64,000 nucleotides of DNA from the NCBI GenBank assembly GCA_963709405.1, contig CAVPXM010000006.1, positions 28,884 to 92,883 on the forward strand, in the 5' to 3' direction. Within the stretch, counting starts at the first letter, position 1. Each line of letters starts with the position of its first letter. This DNA comes from an uncultured Nitrososphaerales archaeon. GTDB taxonomy: Archaea; Thermoproteota; Nitrososphaeria; Nitrososphaerales; Nitrososphaeraceae. Both the position numbers and the translations under genes were made by a program. This document shows positions 48,930 through 60,847 of this stretch, in pieces. The notes below the pieces were generated by a model. That model was not told the origin of the DNA, searched no databases, and was given only the letters and a program-made list of their open reading frames with translations.

Positions 48930-49110
48930 CCGGCCTCAAGGTTTTCATCTTCATTGTATACATGTATCATAACAGCAGTTCCTCCGATTGTCTCCTGTGA
49001 ACGACACTTGCCTTGAGGAAATCCATCAGAAAGCATTACGACTGAATCATCAATTTTGATTTCTGCATGGATGACATGCCATCAGGAGCACGCATTATCT
49101 AGAAACATTG
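48930..49110 (-). pseudogene. VOC/PhnB-like fragment
   Basis: HAEIKIDDSVVMLSD..GGTAVMIHVY. Confidence 0.6.
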
Positions 49111-49152
49111 ACTTTATCGCCAAACAGAGTATAGATATCGATATGTCTACGT

Positions 49153-49389
49153 CTACGTTAGCTCAAGCCTTAATACCATTGCTGCGGGAACACCTAGGAG
49201 AACTTCGCTTCCATTAAATCCTTCTACAAATGACTTTGGTATTTTAAAGACATGCCTTCCTGTCATTAAAAAAAGTGAATCCTTATCAATTGCAATAATA
49301 TTTCCCATGTCATCATTTTCAATGGAACGCACCCCTTTCAGTACCAGTCTATCCCAATTTTGGATCATTTCTGGTACATACATAATCAC
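49153..49389 (-). CDS. Small hypothetical protein (PRC-barrel-like)
   Basis: KGVRS..DMGNI..FKIPKSFVEGFNGSEV. Confidence 0.45.
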   Translation of the reverse strand: MIMYVPEMIQNWDRLVLKGVRSIENDDMGNIIAIDKDSLFLMTGRHVFKIPKSFVEGFNGSEVLLGVPAAMVLRLELT

Positions 49390-49428
49390 AATTAATTATA
49401 TAAAATGATCTGAAATCAGAAATCTTCA

Positions 49429-49752
49429 TCATGTAAGCATGGGCAGAATATCTCTTATTATCTTGTTATGATCTGCATCTACCTCGGTAGTAACCAAGAG
49501 CAAATGGTCTTCTCCTAACGGAAATGTTATCCTTTTGATTTTCTCATATTCTGACATCGCATATTTTCCCTTACCCACTTTAGATGCGAGGGAGTTTCTT
49601 AAAGCCCATCTGGCTAGGGCTTGCAAATTTGATCTTTTAGTTTCCTCTGGAGATAGGAGATTTGTTATTCCTTCACGCTGTCCACCATATTTTATCGCAC
49701 CGGAATCATCACATACACCAGCGAACCTTATCTTGGGTTCCAGACCAAGGAT
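49429..49752 (-). pseudogene. DUF6659/roadblock-like protein, 5' end replaced by repeat Z
   Basis: ILGLEPKIRFAGV..GGQREG..GKGKYAMSEYEKIKRITFPL..LLVTTE; no start codon before the Z fragment. Confidence 0.65.
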
Positions 49753-49818
49753 AGTCTAATGAATTTTAATAACTCTAATTTATGTATCTCAGGATCTTTA
49801 TACTTGATATGATGCTCT

Positions 49819-49949
49819 ATTAATCTTAGGTGTACGTACCTTATATCAGGATGCAAGCTGCATTGAGCAGAGCATAGAAGTCTCAATCAAGACCATACGA
49901 AAGTCGGAAACCACCTCGCAATAAGGAGTAGTTTCAGAATTAGGTATTA
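49819..49949. repeat. 131-bp direct repeat, left copy (flanks IS630)
   Basis: Identical to 51113-51243. Confidence 0.95.
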
Positions 49950-51114
49950 AGTCAAGTGTCACATTAAATGTCATTATTCCATCTTCCAAATCTATTATCT
50001 AGATATTCTGATACTGCGGTTTTCTGGTCTTCTATATTTTCATAAAACCTATTCGCACATACATGTGACTTTATCAGCTGGTTTACCTTTCTTTCATTTG
50101 GATTTAGGTATGGAGCCTTCTTTGGTAGGTGGATTATAGTTAGCCAGTCTTCTCCTTTCTGTGTATTGATATAATTCCGTACCATTAGGCTTACATGGTA
50201 TGAAGCGTTATCCCATATGAGTATGAGTCTTTTCCACCAATCACTTTTCATAATGTTTCTCTTAGATTCTCCAGATGGTCGATAGTACTCGTAGAATTCA
50301 TTCTATCATCATAGAAATCATACATCAACTTCTGATCTGGCCATAGCATGGATATGTATGCAGAGAACTTCTTTCTACTTCCATCATGTTCTATCCTTTG
50401 TTGCTGGCCTTCAAAACTCATAGATCTTCGTATGCAAGGTTTCTGTGTTATCGTAGTTTCATCTTCAAATACTAACATCACTCCTTTTTTTCAGAGCTGA
50501 TGCTACACGTTTATAATCTTCCACCCTCTCTTTTCCTTCTTCATAATCAGGTCCATGTAATAGTTCCAATTTTGGTCTTTTACATCTGATCCCCATATCC
50601 TTAGTTATTCTTTGCAGGTGTTTGAAGCTGATTGATATTCCAAGCTCATCTGTAAGACATCTTGCAAGTGACCTTAGACTCCATGTATTTCTAAGATAAC
50701 CAAAGATATGGGGATCATTAAATAATGCAGAAAGGATAATCTCTTTGTTTTCATCTGTTATACGTGAATTCAGTCCTCTGGGTCTCTTCTTTATCCTTAC
50801 CTCTCCTATCCCACCATGAGTAAACGCAACAACCCATCTTTGTACAGATCGAATATTGACTTCGTATTCATGTGCTATGTCTTCATAAGATCTACCTTCA
50901 ACTTTTTGAAGTATAGCCAGTACCCTACGATACTCCTTCTTGTTAGTTGTATTATTCATGAGTGATTCTAGACTTGTTTTCTGTCCCCGGCTTAGATTCA
51001 ACTTAGAAGCACGTCTCACATGATGGGAATATCCTACATCTGTTAAGCTTTATCTATCTAAAGATCTAGACTATGCAATAAAAATAATATGACATATAAC
51101 TAGACACTTCACAT
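49950..51114 (-). mobile_element. IS630-family element
   Basis: HTH ORF 50465-51019 ending in an A7 slippery run; DDE ORFs (FEDET, WDNASYH, PYLNPNE); imperfect ~28-bp IR next to TA at both ends; extra frameshift ~50250. Confidence 0.9.
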
Positions 51115-51243
51115 TAATCTTAGGTGTACGTACCTTATATCAGGATGCAAGCTGCATTGAGCAGAGCATAGAAGTCTCAATCAAGACCATACGAAAGTCG
51201 GAAACCACCTCGCAATAAGGAGTAGTTTCAGAATTAGGTATTA
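51113..51243. repeat. 131-bp direct repeat, right copy (flanks IS630)
   Basis: Identical to 49819-49949. Confidence 0.95.
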
Positions 51244-51407
51244 GTTACTAGAAATTCTGCATTTCTACAATCTAGATGAACTTTTTCATCTGCTATATTT
51301 CCACAGGACTGACAACCGAATTTTAATGGTTGATTACAGAACTTGCAGACTGAAATAGCTTCAAGGTCTGAACCACACCGTCTGCAAATTGTTTCGGTCA
51401 TACACAT
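51234..51407 (-). CDS. 57-aa double zinc-ribbon protein (not in the ORF track)
   Basis: MCMTETICRRCGSDLEAISVCKFCNQPLKFGCQSCGNIADEKVHLDCRNAEFLVTNT*; three CxxC plus HxxC. Confidence 0.75.
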   Translation of the reverse strand: MCMTETICRRCGSDLEAISVCKFCNQPLKFGCQSCGNIADEKVHLDCRNAEFLVTNT

Positions 51408-51944
51408 ACAATAGTAACGTCCGCAGATATTATAATGCTGAGATTCTATTTTCTCGCCAAATTAGTTAAATTGTGCTTTCCTTTTTTAGCTATGCTCTGC
51501 ATTATATGTGATTATCTTTTGTTATGGTTTATTTCTTGTGTTTATTTAGTGTAATATTCATTTAAGTGGATTGAGCTTTTATGCAGTTTGTATTATCGAC
51601 TAAAGAATAGTAAAATATTATCATTGACTATTCAGATTAAACGGATTATTTGCTTTATCCTTTGTAGTAGATTAATTCATCTACAATCACAAATAACAAT
51701 TTAATACTTGACTTAGATATTAGGTCCAGACTCCAAAACTTTCGTCAAATTAGAAATAAACATTAAGTAAAAAATGGAGACACCGTCATAGCAGTTGAAG
51801 CTAAAGGTAGTATATTATAGCACTATCGATCTTTCTATACACACGGACACCTGTTGACAACGATGACACAGAAGAGGCTACAATCGGGCGCGCCCGTCTC
51901 GGGAGGGACCAAGTATAGCTATCGAAAATGAAAAACCGTGCGCC

Positions 51945-52410
51945 TCTCGATAGACATGCGCATAAATTTTATCATCATTGTCTAAGAATACCGAGTCGTC
52001 ATCCTATACATCAGATGCCTCATTTTCGAAAATATTTATAATCTGGTATGCCGCATATCGTTATTAGAAGACACCATTTCCGAGATAACTAAACCGGACT
52101 TAAAAGAATCAGATACTGTCTGATATGTTAAATACTTGCTAGATGAACTAAATACTTTGGTTTACATCCACTAATATGCTACTATCTATAGATACCATCA
52201 GTTGGCGGAGTCGACAGATAAGTTCATCACGAGTCCTCCTAGTTTTACCTATCAATAGAATCAGCTAGTTATGAGATAGTCTAGTGAATTTTAATAACTC
52301 TGATTTATGTGCCTCAGGATCTTTGTACTTGATATGATGTTCTATGGATTCCAAATGTGCATTCTTTATTCCAGGACGTAATTTACAATAATATCCTCCT
52401 TACTTTAGAG
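51945..52410 (-). repeat. Degenerate mobile-element segment Y+Z (copy 6)
   Basis: cataaattttatcatcat...aaaatatttataatctgg...gatttatgtgcctcaggatctttgtacttga. Confidence 0.85.
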
Positions 52411-52540
52411 ATATTAGTAGTCTTTGGAGCAACTTTGGGAATTTGTCCTGCCGCAAACGGCCAGGCATCTTGTTTTGTTTTTTCTTCACCTATGCAATAT
52501 TTAATTAAAAGCTGCTGTATACTACGATGTTAATCTCTCA

Positions 52541-53035
52541 ATGGCAGCGCAACAACATTCGAAGGCAGGCAAACATCCAAACGATTCCAGAGCTGAGATG
52601 ACAATTATGATGCTGCCTTCAGATGCTAATCCAAAAGGTAATGTGTTTGGAGGTGTTATATTAAAACATGTAGATCTTATTGCGGGTTTATGCGCCCAAA
52701 GACATGCTGGTCGTGCCAATATCGTCACGGCAAGTATGGATAGAATGACTTTTTTAAAGCCTATATTCATTGGTAATGCACTAATTCTTTCTGCAAGACT
52801 AAATTATGTAAAAAGATCTTCTATGGAAGTTGAAGTTACTGTGGAAGCTGAGGATCTAGACGAGAGTATGAGAATCCACACAGGAACAGCATTTGTTACC
52901 ATGGTTGCTCTTGATAAATATGGAAAGCCTACAAAAGTTCCAGCACTGATATTGGAAAGAGATGATGATAAAATACGATTTCAACAAGGTGAAGCAAGAA
53001 TGATTTCTCGTCTAAAGGAAGCAGGCAGAATGTAA
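52541..53035 (+). CDS. Acyl-CoA thioesterase (YciA-like hotdog fold)
   Basis: PSDANPKGNVFGG, VTASMD..FLKPI, FVTMVALD. Confidence 0.92.
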   Translation: MAAQQHSKAGKHPNDSRAEMTIMMLPSDANPKGNVFGGVILKHVDLIAGLCAQRHAGRANIVTASMDRMTFLKPIFIGNALILSARLNYVKRSSMEVEVTVEAEDLDESMRIHTGTAFVTMVALDKYGKPTKVPALILERDDDKIRFQQGEARMISRLKEAGRM

Positions 53036-53404
53036 TTCAGATACTTTTAGGCTGTTCTTTTCAATTCTATTTATAGTCTGGTAATTTCAAGGTACGTCTC
53101 CTTCTGCAGCCAAAAATACAATGTCAGGAGGTCTTAGACCTATGAATCGCCATTATGCACTCCTGGTTCGGGCCAATTATCGATAAGCAATTGGTCCATA
53201 GGTGGACCATCTCCCTGTCGTTTAACAAAGGGTGTCGCAGGTTCATATTTTTTTAACTGGCCCCTATCTATTACCTCGGCCACCTTCGTAACGGGGCCTG
53301 CGCCCGCCTGTGCATATATAGCTATGCGAACCGTGCCATTACTGAGGTTCTCTTTGGTTATCCTATGGTTATATGTATGGCCTTACAGATTAAGTATTTA
53401 CTGC

Positions 53405-53919
53405 GCGCTAATGATAGACAGCATACATAAATTTTATCACCATCCGGGGACGTCTGCCTACACATAGGACGCAGCATTTTTGATAATACTTATAACCTGA
53501 CATCTCTCATATCGTATTATAACGCTATTTCCGGGATAATTATTCGGACTAGGTTAAAAAATCTGAAGTGTTAAACTTATTGCATGTTAACGGAATTAAA
53601 TACGTTGATTCGCATCGACCAATTGCTACTATCTATAAATATCAATTTGCAACGTCAACACTGAATTCCTAGTCTAGAATTTAACTCCATTAATCAAGTC
53701 CCTTGATGTTTCTATCTTGTCAAGCTACAGGTAAATGATAAAACTTTGCACTCTGTCAAATACAGTTTTGATATTTCTATATTGATATCTAACCAGGAAA
53801 TAAGAACCATCTGACCTATCTGACCTATCTGACCTATCTGACACTTCCTTAACATGTAATCTCGAATCGCATTGAACTGTTACTGCATTCCAGCTATCTG
53901 ACCTATCTGACCTATCTGA
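53405..53919 (-). repeat. Mobile-element segment Y plus (atctgacct)n arrays (copy 7)
   Basis: Colinear with 35805-36309; arrays at 53809-53842 and 53894-53919; begins at GCGCGC 53403. Confidence 0.85.
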
Positions 53920-54123
53920 TTCCAAATCTGGATAGGACTCAGTTTTGTCTTGTGGTGGGATATTATGCCATTGAATTCCAAATACTAAACAAATCTTAAA
54001 TATGAATGTCAGTATAAGAATGAAATTCAAATTCTTGCGGTAGTCCTACAATCTTTGATGTAGATATCACAGGTCTGTTATCAAATTAAAGGTAAAATAT
54101 GATTAGATCTCATAAACTTTCAC

Positions 54124-54987
54124 TTGTCAAACTTTATTGTGTTCGAGGGATGGGATATAAATCGGACTGAGTTTGTGAAAAGGGAGGATTTGGATACCCA
54201 AAGAAAATATGAAGAGAGAATTGACAGTGATCTACATAAACTCCTTTCTACTCTCAATCTTAAGGTAACTAAGGTTCCTATAGTAAATTCCAGTAGATCT
54301 GCTTATCAAGTAAATGGCGTTGACTTGGAAGTCGCCCCGATTCATACATTTGTTCCTAGAACGACAAAAATTGAGAGAATGTTGGCAGAGATGAGCAAGG
54401 TTTTTGGTAAATGTCATCACTTGTACATGTTCTTAGATCCAGACTTACAACCCGATATTAGAATTCTAGGCACGGAAGATTGCGATAGAAACGGGTCGAT
54501 TCTATGTATAAGACAAGACATTACTCTTTACTATCTTAAAATATTAAATGAGATAAACAAAAAATATAACCAAAACCTAAATCATGATCAGATAATAGTA
54601 TTAGATTTTAGATATGCACAATTTGATTCTGTGACTTTAAAGAAGGGAATCCTTTCTTTGTTAGACAAAAGAGGCCATGACTATGCCAATTTACTCGGGA
54701 TTATTGCAGGTATTCCTAAAAATATCAATTCAGAAAGGTTAGATCAAACTACATATTTCTTTGTAGAAAATAGATATTACAAAGGACCATACGACGAAGT
54801 TAAAAAGAAATTATTGGATATCACTAAAGTTCAAACATCAGTATCCGTTATGCCTATGGCGATTCTTATTACAAAAAAATCATCAGAGCTATTCTCTATT
54901 CAAAAGCCTTGTATCAATACTCCGTCGTTAAGTACAATCAGAAAAATCGTGACACCTGAACTAATTTATGAGCAATTTAATTATTGA
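54124..54987 (+). CDS. Hypothetical protein (weak PD-(D/E)xK-like pattern)
   Basis: Intact 287-aa ORF; E..I...L and VDLEV only loosely nuclease-like. Confidence 0.5.
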   Translation: MSNFIVFEGWDINRTEFVKREDLDTQRKYEERIDSDLHKLLSTLNLKVTKVPIVNSSRSAYQVNGVDLEVAPIHTFVPRTTKIERMLAEMSKVFGKCHHLYMFLDPDLQPDIRILGTEDCDRNGSILCIRQDITLYYLKILNEINKKYNQNLNHDQIIVLDFRYAQFDSVTLKKGILSLLDKRGHDYANLLGIIAGIPKNINSERLDQTTYFFVENRYYKGPYDEVKKKLLDITKVQTSVSVMPMAILITKKSSELFSIQKPCINTPSLSTIRKIVTPELIYEQFNY

Positions 54988-55197
54988 ATATAGAATATTG
55001 TATTGAAGATGCAATCTATGAAATATGTTTCAGTTCTGTCATTTGACGTTCCTATGTGGATGTGACTGCCTTCGACTAAGGCCAAAGAACCGAAAATATT
55101 ATCTATTAATAATATTGATCTTCGCAAGGCCATTTTAAATTTAATCACAAAGACTATTCAACAATTATCATCTGATCTACACTTTCAGATAGAGATC

Positions 55198-56478
55198 ATG
55201 CAAAGATATGATAGAATCAAATCAAATGAGGAACCGTACAGACAACACGATGAAGAATCCTCGCTCAAAGAAGGTTTGTTTCTAGACAGTATGCTTGACT
55301 ACTTGATCGAATCAAGAAAGGAATTACTGATATCTTTAGATGAGTATGTTCTATGTGTTAAGTTGATGGATGACAATGATTTGATTTCGAATCAAGTTAA
55401 TAAATGGTTTAGATTAAACGGTTTTGTCCAATATGTGACCCATTGGAGTTATATTTCACATATTTTAAAGAGACTTGTTCGATTATATGTTAGACATAAA
55501 AAAGCAGATAGACAGTTTTACAATTTGTACAATAGGCTATATTTAGATCTGGAAAAATTTCTATACAGCAAACGAATTGACTTAGTTCAGATTTGTCCAC
55601 TACTTAATTTTGAGATTCCGAATAATGCTCGTTCAATTGTACTCTCTGATCGTCTTTCAATAAGACGAATTAATAACGAAGAAAAGTCCTTGTTGGTCGA
55701 GAAATTAGCATTCACAGGAATTAGTCTAAATGATATTGTAAAGATAAATTATGTAATAGCGTACAAATTTAGTTTATCCAAAGGATTTGATACAGAATCT
55801 GAAATTCAAGATAAAGACTATACCTCTGAAATAAAGAGCATATTTGTAGCCTTAATCACAGCACTTCGTTTATACAAAGATGGTGAAGTAGGAGCTTATA
55901 CGTTTCTTCAAATCGTAACACTAGACCAACCAATACGAATTGTTAATGTCTCACCTGGATTATATACTTTAGGCCTGGAAACAGGTGTAGGAATTATCTA
56001 CAGCCTGAATAAAACACAATTAAAAGAATTTAAAAGGTTCTGGAATGTATATAGCAATAGCCTTATTAAATTATTAGATTTTAAAACGACAAAGAAGGAT
56101 CTATTCAAAAGCATAAAAAAGGCATTAAGCCGCTTTAATTCAGCTTATGGCAAAAGAAATCCTGAAGATGAGATAGTAGACTGGATGATTTCTTATGAAG
56201 CTTTATTTTCTAAAAAAGACGATCCACCGGAATCAATATCACATAGGCTAGCATTGAGAAGCTCTCGTTTTAGTAAGATACCATCAGAACGGAAAGATCT
56301 CTATATTGATCTAAAAGCTGCATACAATGTCCGGAGCAAGATCGTCCATGGTGATGATTGGAAATCATTGAACATGGATTTTCACTCTCATATGCGCCAC
56401 AGCCTTACAAAGTATCTTAACGCACTAAATTCTGAACACACTCATGATTCTATTCTGGATTCTATCGATTTTGATTGA
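55198..56478 (+). CDS. ApeA-like HEPN-domain protein (putative RNase)
   Basis: ALSRFNSAY..ED.IVD.MISYEALF..ISHRLALR..LKAAYNVRSKIVHG (Rx4H). Confidence 0.85.
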   Translation: MQRYDRIKSNEEPYRQHDEESSLKEGLFLDSMLDYLIESRKELLISLDEYVLCVKLMDDNDLISNQVNKWFRLNGFVQYVTHWSYISHILKRLVRLYVRHKKADRQFYNLYNRLYLDLEKFLYSKRIDLVQICPLLNFEIPNNARSIVLSDRLSIRRINNEEKSLLVEKLAFTGISLNDIVKINYVIAYKFSLSKGFDTESEIQDKDYTSEIKSIFVALITALRLYKDGEVGAYTFLQIVTLDQPIRIVNVSPGLYTLGLETGVGIIYSLNKTQLKEFKRFWNVYSNSLIKLLDFKTTKKDLFKSIKKALSRFNSAYGKRNPEDEIVDWMISYEALFSKKDDPPESISHRLALRSSRFSKIPSERKDLYIDLKAAYNVRSKIVHGDDWKSLNMDFHSHMRHSLTKYLNALNSEHTHDSILDSIDFD

Positions 56479-56951
56479 TAATCATGTACATGTCATTGAC
56501 GTGTATATTTACAAATTGAAATAGCAATGATGCCATTTCTGCCAGTTTCACTATGTCGGCTAATTTATCTGTCCTCTACACAAATGTCTCCTCATGTAAT
56601 GTACATCACCCTTTTGTATGCAGTTCTTGCATATCCAGATATCAGAGTGTCCAAGTCTGAAGATATTGCGCGACTCATGATTTGAATTAAAATAATAGAA
56701 CTAAAATGAGAATATATAATAATATTCATAGAATATTGGATATCTAATTTAATAACGACCTCATCCACACAATCATGTTATAAGGAATTTTATATCATAT
56801 GCTAAAAGTGCTCCTCATAAAATCCTCCTAATATCTATAAAGGGCTGATTCTATCAGCTAGTGCCACAGCCGCCACCTTCTTAACCCTTTGTACATGAGA
56901 CCATGTTCATCAGTCGTAACATCAGCCAATTTATAGGTGTTAGTCGCTGTC

Positions 56952-57053
56952 GTGTCAGATATGTCATATATGTCAGATGTAGAAGGTGCTACATTATTTT
57001 GACTGGCCTTAATAGTTGTGTCATATATGTCAGATGTGTCATATGCGTCAGAT
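56952..57053. repeat. Two 9-bp-period arrays (atgtcagat)n
   Basis: gtgtcagat-atgtcatat-atgtcagat and gtgtcatat-atgtcagat-gtgtcatat-gcgtcagat. Confidence 0.7.
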
Positions 57054-57707
57054 GATGCCTCGTCAAAGTATCTTAAAACAGTGGGTTTAACTTTTACTAG
57101 TTTTATTTTTCCGTGGTTTTTTTCCGTGGTTTAGCAGCATCTTGAGTACAATTCTCAGCTTATGATTATGTTCGACATGCCTAAAACTTAAGTATAATAG
57201 ATTCGACTATAAAAATGATATGAAAGTAAACTATCGCAATGTGGGACATTATCCAACACTGTTCCACATTGTAGTTACGAGGGTGAATCCAAATCCTAAT
57301 TAAATTATTCTAGGTTCTAAGTAGAGATCAAGATTTAATCTAGTTCTCCTGCCATACTTATTTCGTGGAATTTGATTCATAGATATGTTGGGGATATTTC
57401 CATCATAATCATATATACGTCACAAAATAGCATTACCTCTAAAAGATACTGGTACCACAGGTGTTCGATTTCCCTATCTCTATCCCTATAGTTGGATCTT
57501 GGCTAACTCATAATCACTATATAATTTTCTAGCAATAATTCATTTCCTCTAGTTATTATAAATATTGCACTATGATTGATAAATGAATAACGAGACATCA
57601 TTTTGTATTCCAAAACATATACTAATTTGGTCAGTAGTAACAAAAATAGAACTAGCTTACTCAAGTCAAATATATCAAAACTTCGTGGTACGTAACAATA
57701 ATATATC

Positions 57708-58732
57708 ATGAACACCACAACAACGATAATATCGAGGACTTTAGCAACGGCAATAATACTTACCATATTAACGGCTGTAATAATTACACCATTAACAGCA
57801 TTTGCATACAGTAATGGTAAAAAAATTTTAATGTAGACGGTACTGTTGTTGGGGGTGTTTTTGATAACACGCCAGCCAATGGTGATAATATAACTCCTAC
57901 GCATGACAATTCTATTGCTAGAGTAAAGCCTCAATCGGATCTTAAAGTTACTGCTAGTGTAAGTACTACTGGTACTAGTATTATAAAACCTATTGATCGA
58001 ATCATAGCTCCATTAGGAGATAAATGGTGGAACTGGGCCTTCTCTATTGATGCAGCCAAAGTTGGTAATCCTTTTGATGATGGTACTGGCAGACTCTGTG
58101 ACCTTGGTAAACAGGGAGGAAACCTCTTATTCTTAGTAGGTACAGTAGGGGAAGTAACTTCGGGTGGAGGGACAAGTGGACACACAGGAGATGTGCGTAA
58201 ATGTACTACTCCTATACCACAAGGAACAAGCATATTCTTTCCCTTAGTTAATACGGAATGTTCAGTATTGGAAGGTAATTATGATCCTACAAAACCAGGT
58301 TCAGTTGAAGAACAGTTAAGAGCTTGTGCTACTGATCTTATAAACCATGTAGACAAACATTCACTAGTTCTTGCTATAGACGGTGTTTCACTACCTCAGT
58401 TGGCTAAAAGAGTACAATCTGGACCAGGTGGATTTCAATTGACTGTTGTACCAAATAACCCATTTAATGTGGCTGTTAACAAACCTACTACTACTCCGTC
58501 GGTAGCTGATGGTTATTGGATGTTACTGAAAGCAGCTGATTTACGTCCTGGTGCGCATACAATCATTTTTGGTGGAGAGGCAGACTTCCCAGAACTTGGT
58601 TTTAAATTCAAGACAGAGGTCACATACAAAATTGTAGTAAAAGCGAACAAATTTTTGGATAGAGCAAATAAGATACTAGACGAACATATCGCTGTTGGAG
58701 GTCCCCATGGAGCTGCCAGCAGAAAAGATTAA
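57708..58732 (+). pseudogene. Secreted beta-rich protein with a single frameshift in an A7T4 run
   Basis: Signal peptide from 57708; -1 shift at ~57822 opens a frame with KWWNWAFSI..NPFDD.TG..C, IFFPLVNTECS, ADGYWMLL, PGAHTIIFGG. Confidence 0.75.
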
Positions 58733-58971
58733 AGATAGACTAAATAGCCATTGATTGACACACTCAAGATTTCCTATAATCCCCTACTAATCGTGTCTGC
58801 AATAGTTTTTAAATTGACCCGGTCGTCGTAGTTGAACTTATGATCTGGGTGCGCGCTAGCCTCGGGCGCGACTACTTATAGTATCAAGACAATTGGACCA
58901 GTACTTAATTATGCACAAGTCTATGACTCGATAGTCGAGGCTTTAGACGTTCCTAGCGTGCATTATGCTAG

Positions 58972-59122
58972 GCATGAATTCTTATCATCATATCAAGGAA
59001 TCAGCTATAAATCGGATGTCTCAATTTAGAAAATGTTTTTAATGTAATATGCCGCACATCGTATTAGAGAACACTCTTTCCCAGATAACTAAACCGGATA
59101 TTGGCAGAATCCGATACTATTC
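58972..59122 (-). repeat. Degenerate mobile-element segment Y (copy 8)
   Basis: ttatcatcat...atgccgcacatcgtattagagaacactctttcccagataactaaaccgga. Confidence 0.7.
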
Positions 59123-59550
59123 ACTAGTAATAATAAAAATAGTTATTACGACTGTTGCTCCATAGTTCATAGTGAGCTAAATTGTTGCGTTTTGACGGCG
59201 ATAAAATTCAACTGCATATATGTGCTTGCACTTGAGATCACGACTAATATGGTCTGGACATGAACAAACCCATACAGACTGGGTTTCAATGACGTTGTAG
59301 GTATGATAGCCAGATTTTGACCTGACACTATATTTTGATTCGTTTATCATCGTAATAGCGCCACATGTTCGAGCTATCAGTTTGCCTTGCTCTTCACGAT
59401 TAACGAGTCGTTTAGGTATATTTAGCTAGGCGCGCGCATCTTGATCGTAGTAGGTAGTTTTCATTTATCGCCTCACCGAATCTCTTATTAGGATATTCCT
59501 GAAGTTCCCTTCTGATTCTAGTCCCTTCATTCAGGTCTTTTGTATGCGCA

Positions 59551-60210
59551 TCAAGGCATTTTCTCCGTCTTCCCATGTGACTTCAAATCTCTCACCAGTA
59601 TATTCTTTGTAAGAGTCTTTTCCAAAATGCCACATGGTGACGGTCCAGGAATCATGATCTGGAATGGATGAATAAACCATTTGAGAACGAAGGGATCATC
59701 GTTATCAAAGAATTTGAAATCAAGCCGTTGCTCGTACGGAGCAATATATATATTTGGAACACCATTCGTAAAAAAGTACCTTGCAGAATCGTACCTCCTC
59801 GGCAGCGTCTTTCGAAGCAACGCCTGCAGCATTCTTATTTGACGCGTCCTGCCAATTAGTCCATCCTGGAACCTTCTCAATCTCTACTTGGGGTGGAGTA
59901 GAAGCTTGACCATTTTTCTTATCTATCCAAAAAGATTTGAGCGATTCTATTGCCTCTTCCCCAATTTCCAGATTGCAAAAATTGACTTACTAATATTGCA
60001 CCATTCATCGCTCCTATTGAAGTACCAGCTATGATATCAAACAGTAGTCCATTTTCTCCACTTTTCTTGCTAACTTCCGTAACTTCTTCTTCAAGCTTCT
60101 TACGTAATACCTGGAGCACACCAACCTCGTAAGCGCCGAGAGACACTCCTTCTCCGAGAACAAGAGCTCTTTTGCTTCTTAGGTGTAGTCATATTATTCG
60201 TTTTAGACAT
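59551..60210 (-). pseudogene. Patatin-like phospholipase, frameshifted and truncated
   Basis: RALVLGEGVSLGAYEVGV, DIIAGTSIGAMNG (GxSxG). Confidence 0.85.
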
Positions 60211-60847
60211 TGCAATATTCTCATTCATTGCTTATCTTTAATATTTAATAATAAGAGAACGGTATCAATAACAACAGACAGATATTTATTAGTAAAGAAA
60301 TATAGATCACCTCTATACTACACATCTGGGCACCATTGGCGTACCGACGTTAAAGTTACGATATTGCTCGACTATACTAGAAGCCGACATAGTCCAGAAA
60401 AACTACTTCTATAAGTATATTCATATGGGTATGGATAGAATATGGTTTATGACATTCTTGGTATCCATTGTGGTTTACAGAGCATAGCGAGCATACTGAA
60501 ATATTTTTATAAAACGCAATAATTACAATCAGACGTACGAAGTGACTGCTAAGTTAAGATTATTATTTTGTTTATTAACACAAAATAAACAGTAAATGTG
60601 TTTAGAACACATTATAACATTGTGTGTATTTACTACTCCTAGGAATCCCCAGTGATTCTTTATTGACATTGTAGGGCGATTCAGGTGGATAATTGGCCTG
60701 GTCGCTCTATCTTATTAGGTTATGATACTATTATACTGTATTAGAAATAGGATAAGTATCTTAACCGTACCGCTAATTGTCATTTTTTGCCCATTTATGC
60801 TTTGAAGGTTTGGAGACATCGTAGATAGTTCATACTTAGCAAACAAG

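Noticed and set aside
53725-54030. 101-aa ORF with SDRSDR repeats as a real gene
   Set aside because: It is the translation of the 9-bp arrays within a decayed element remnant
504-56478. Genome-wide TGA reassignment (Gly/Trp) or selenocysteine
   Set aside because: Intact genes such as 504-1562, 10037-11950 and 55198-56478 end in TGA, long ORFs have no internal TGA, and the RTX TGA aligns to Gly not Cys
3466-58233. Antisense/shadow ORFs in the track (e.g. 3466-3675, 8981-9346, 34415-34765, 44138-44494, 57503-57934, 57931-58233)
   Set aside because: Overlap better-supported genes on the other strand and have no motifs
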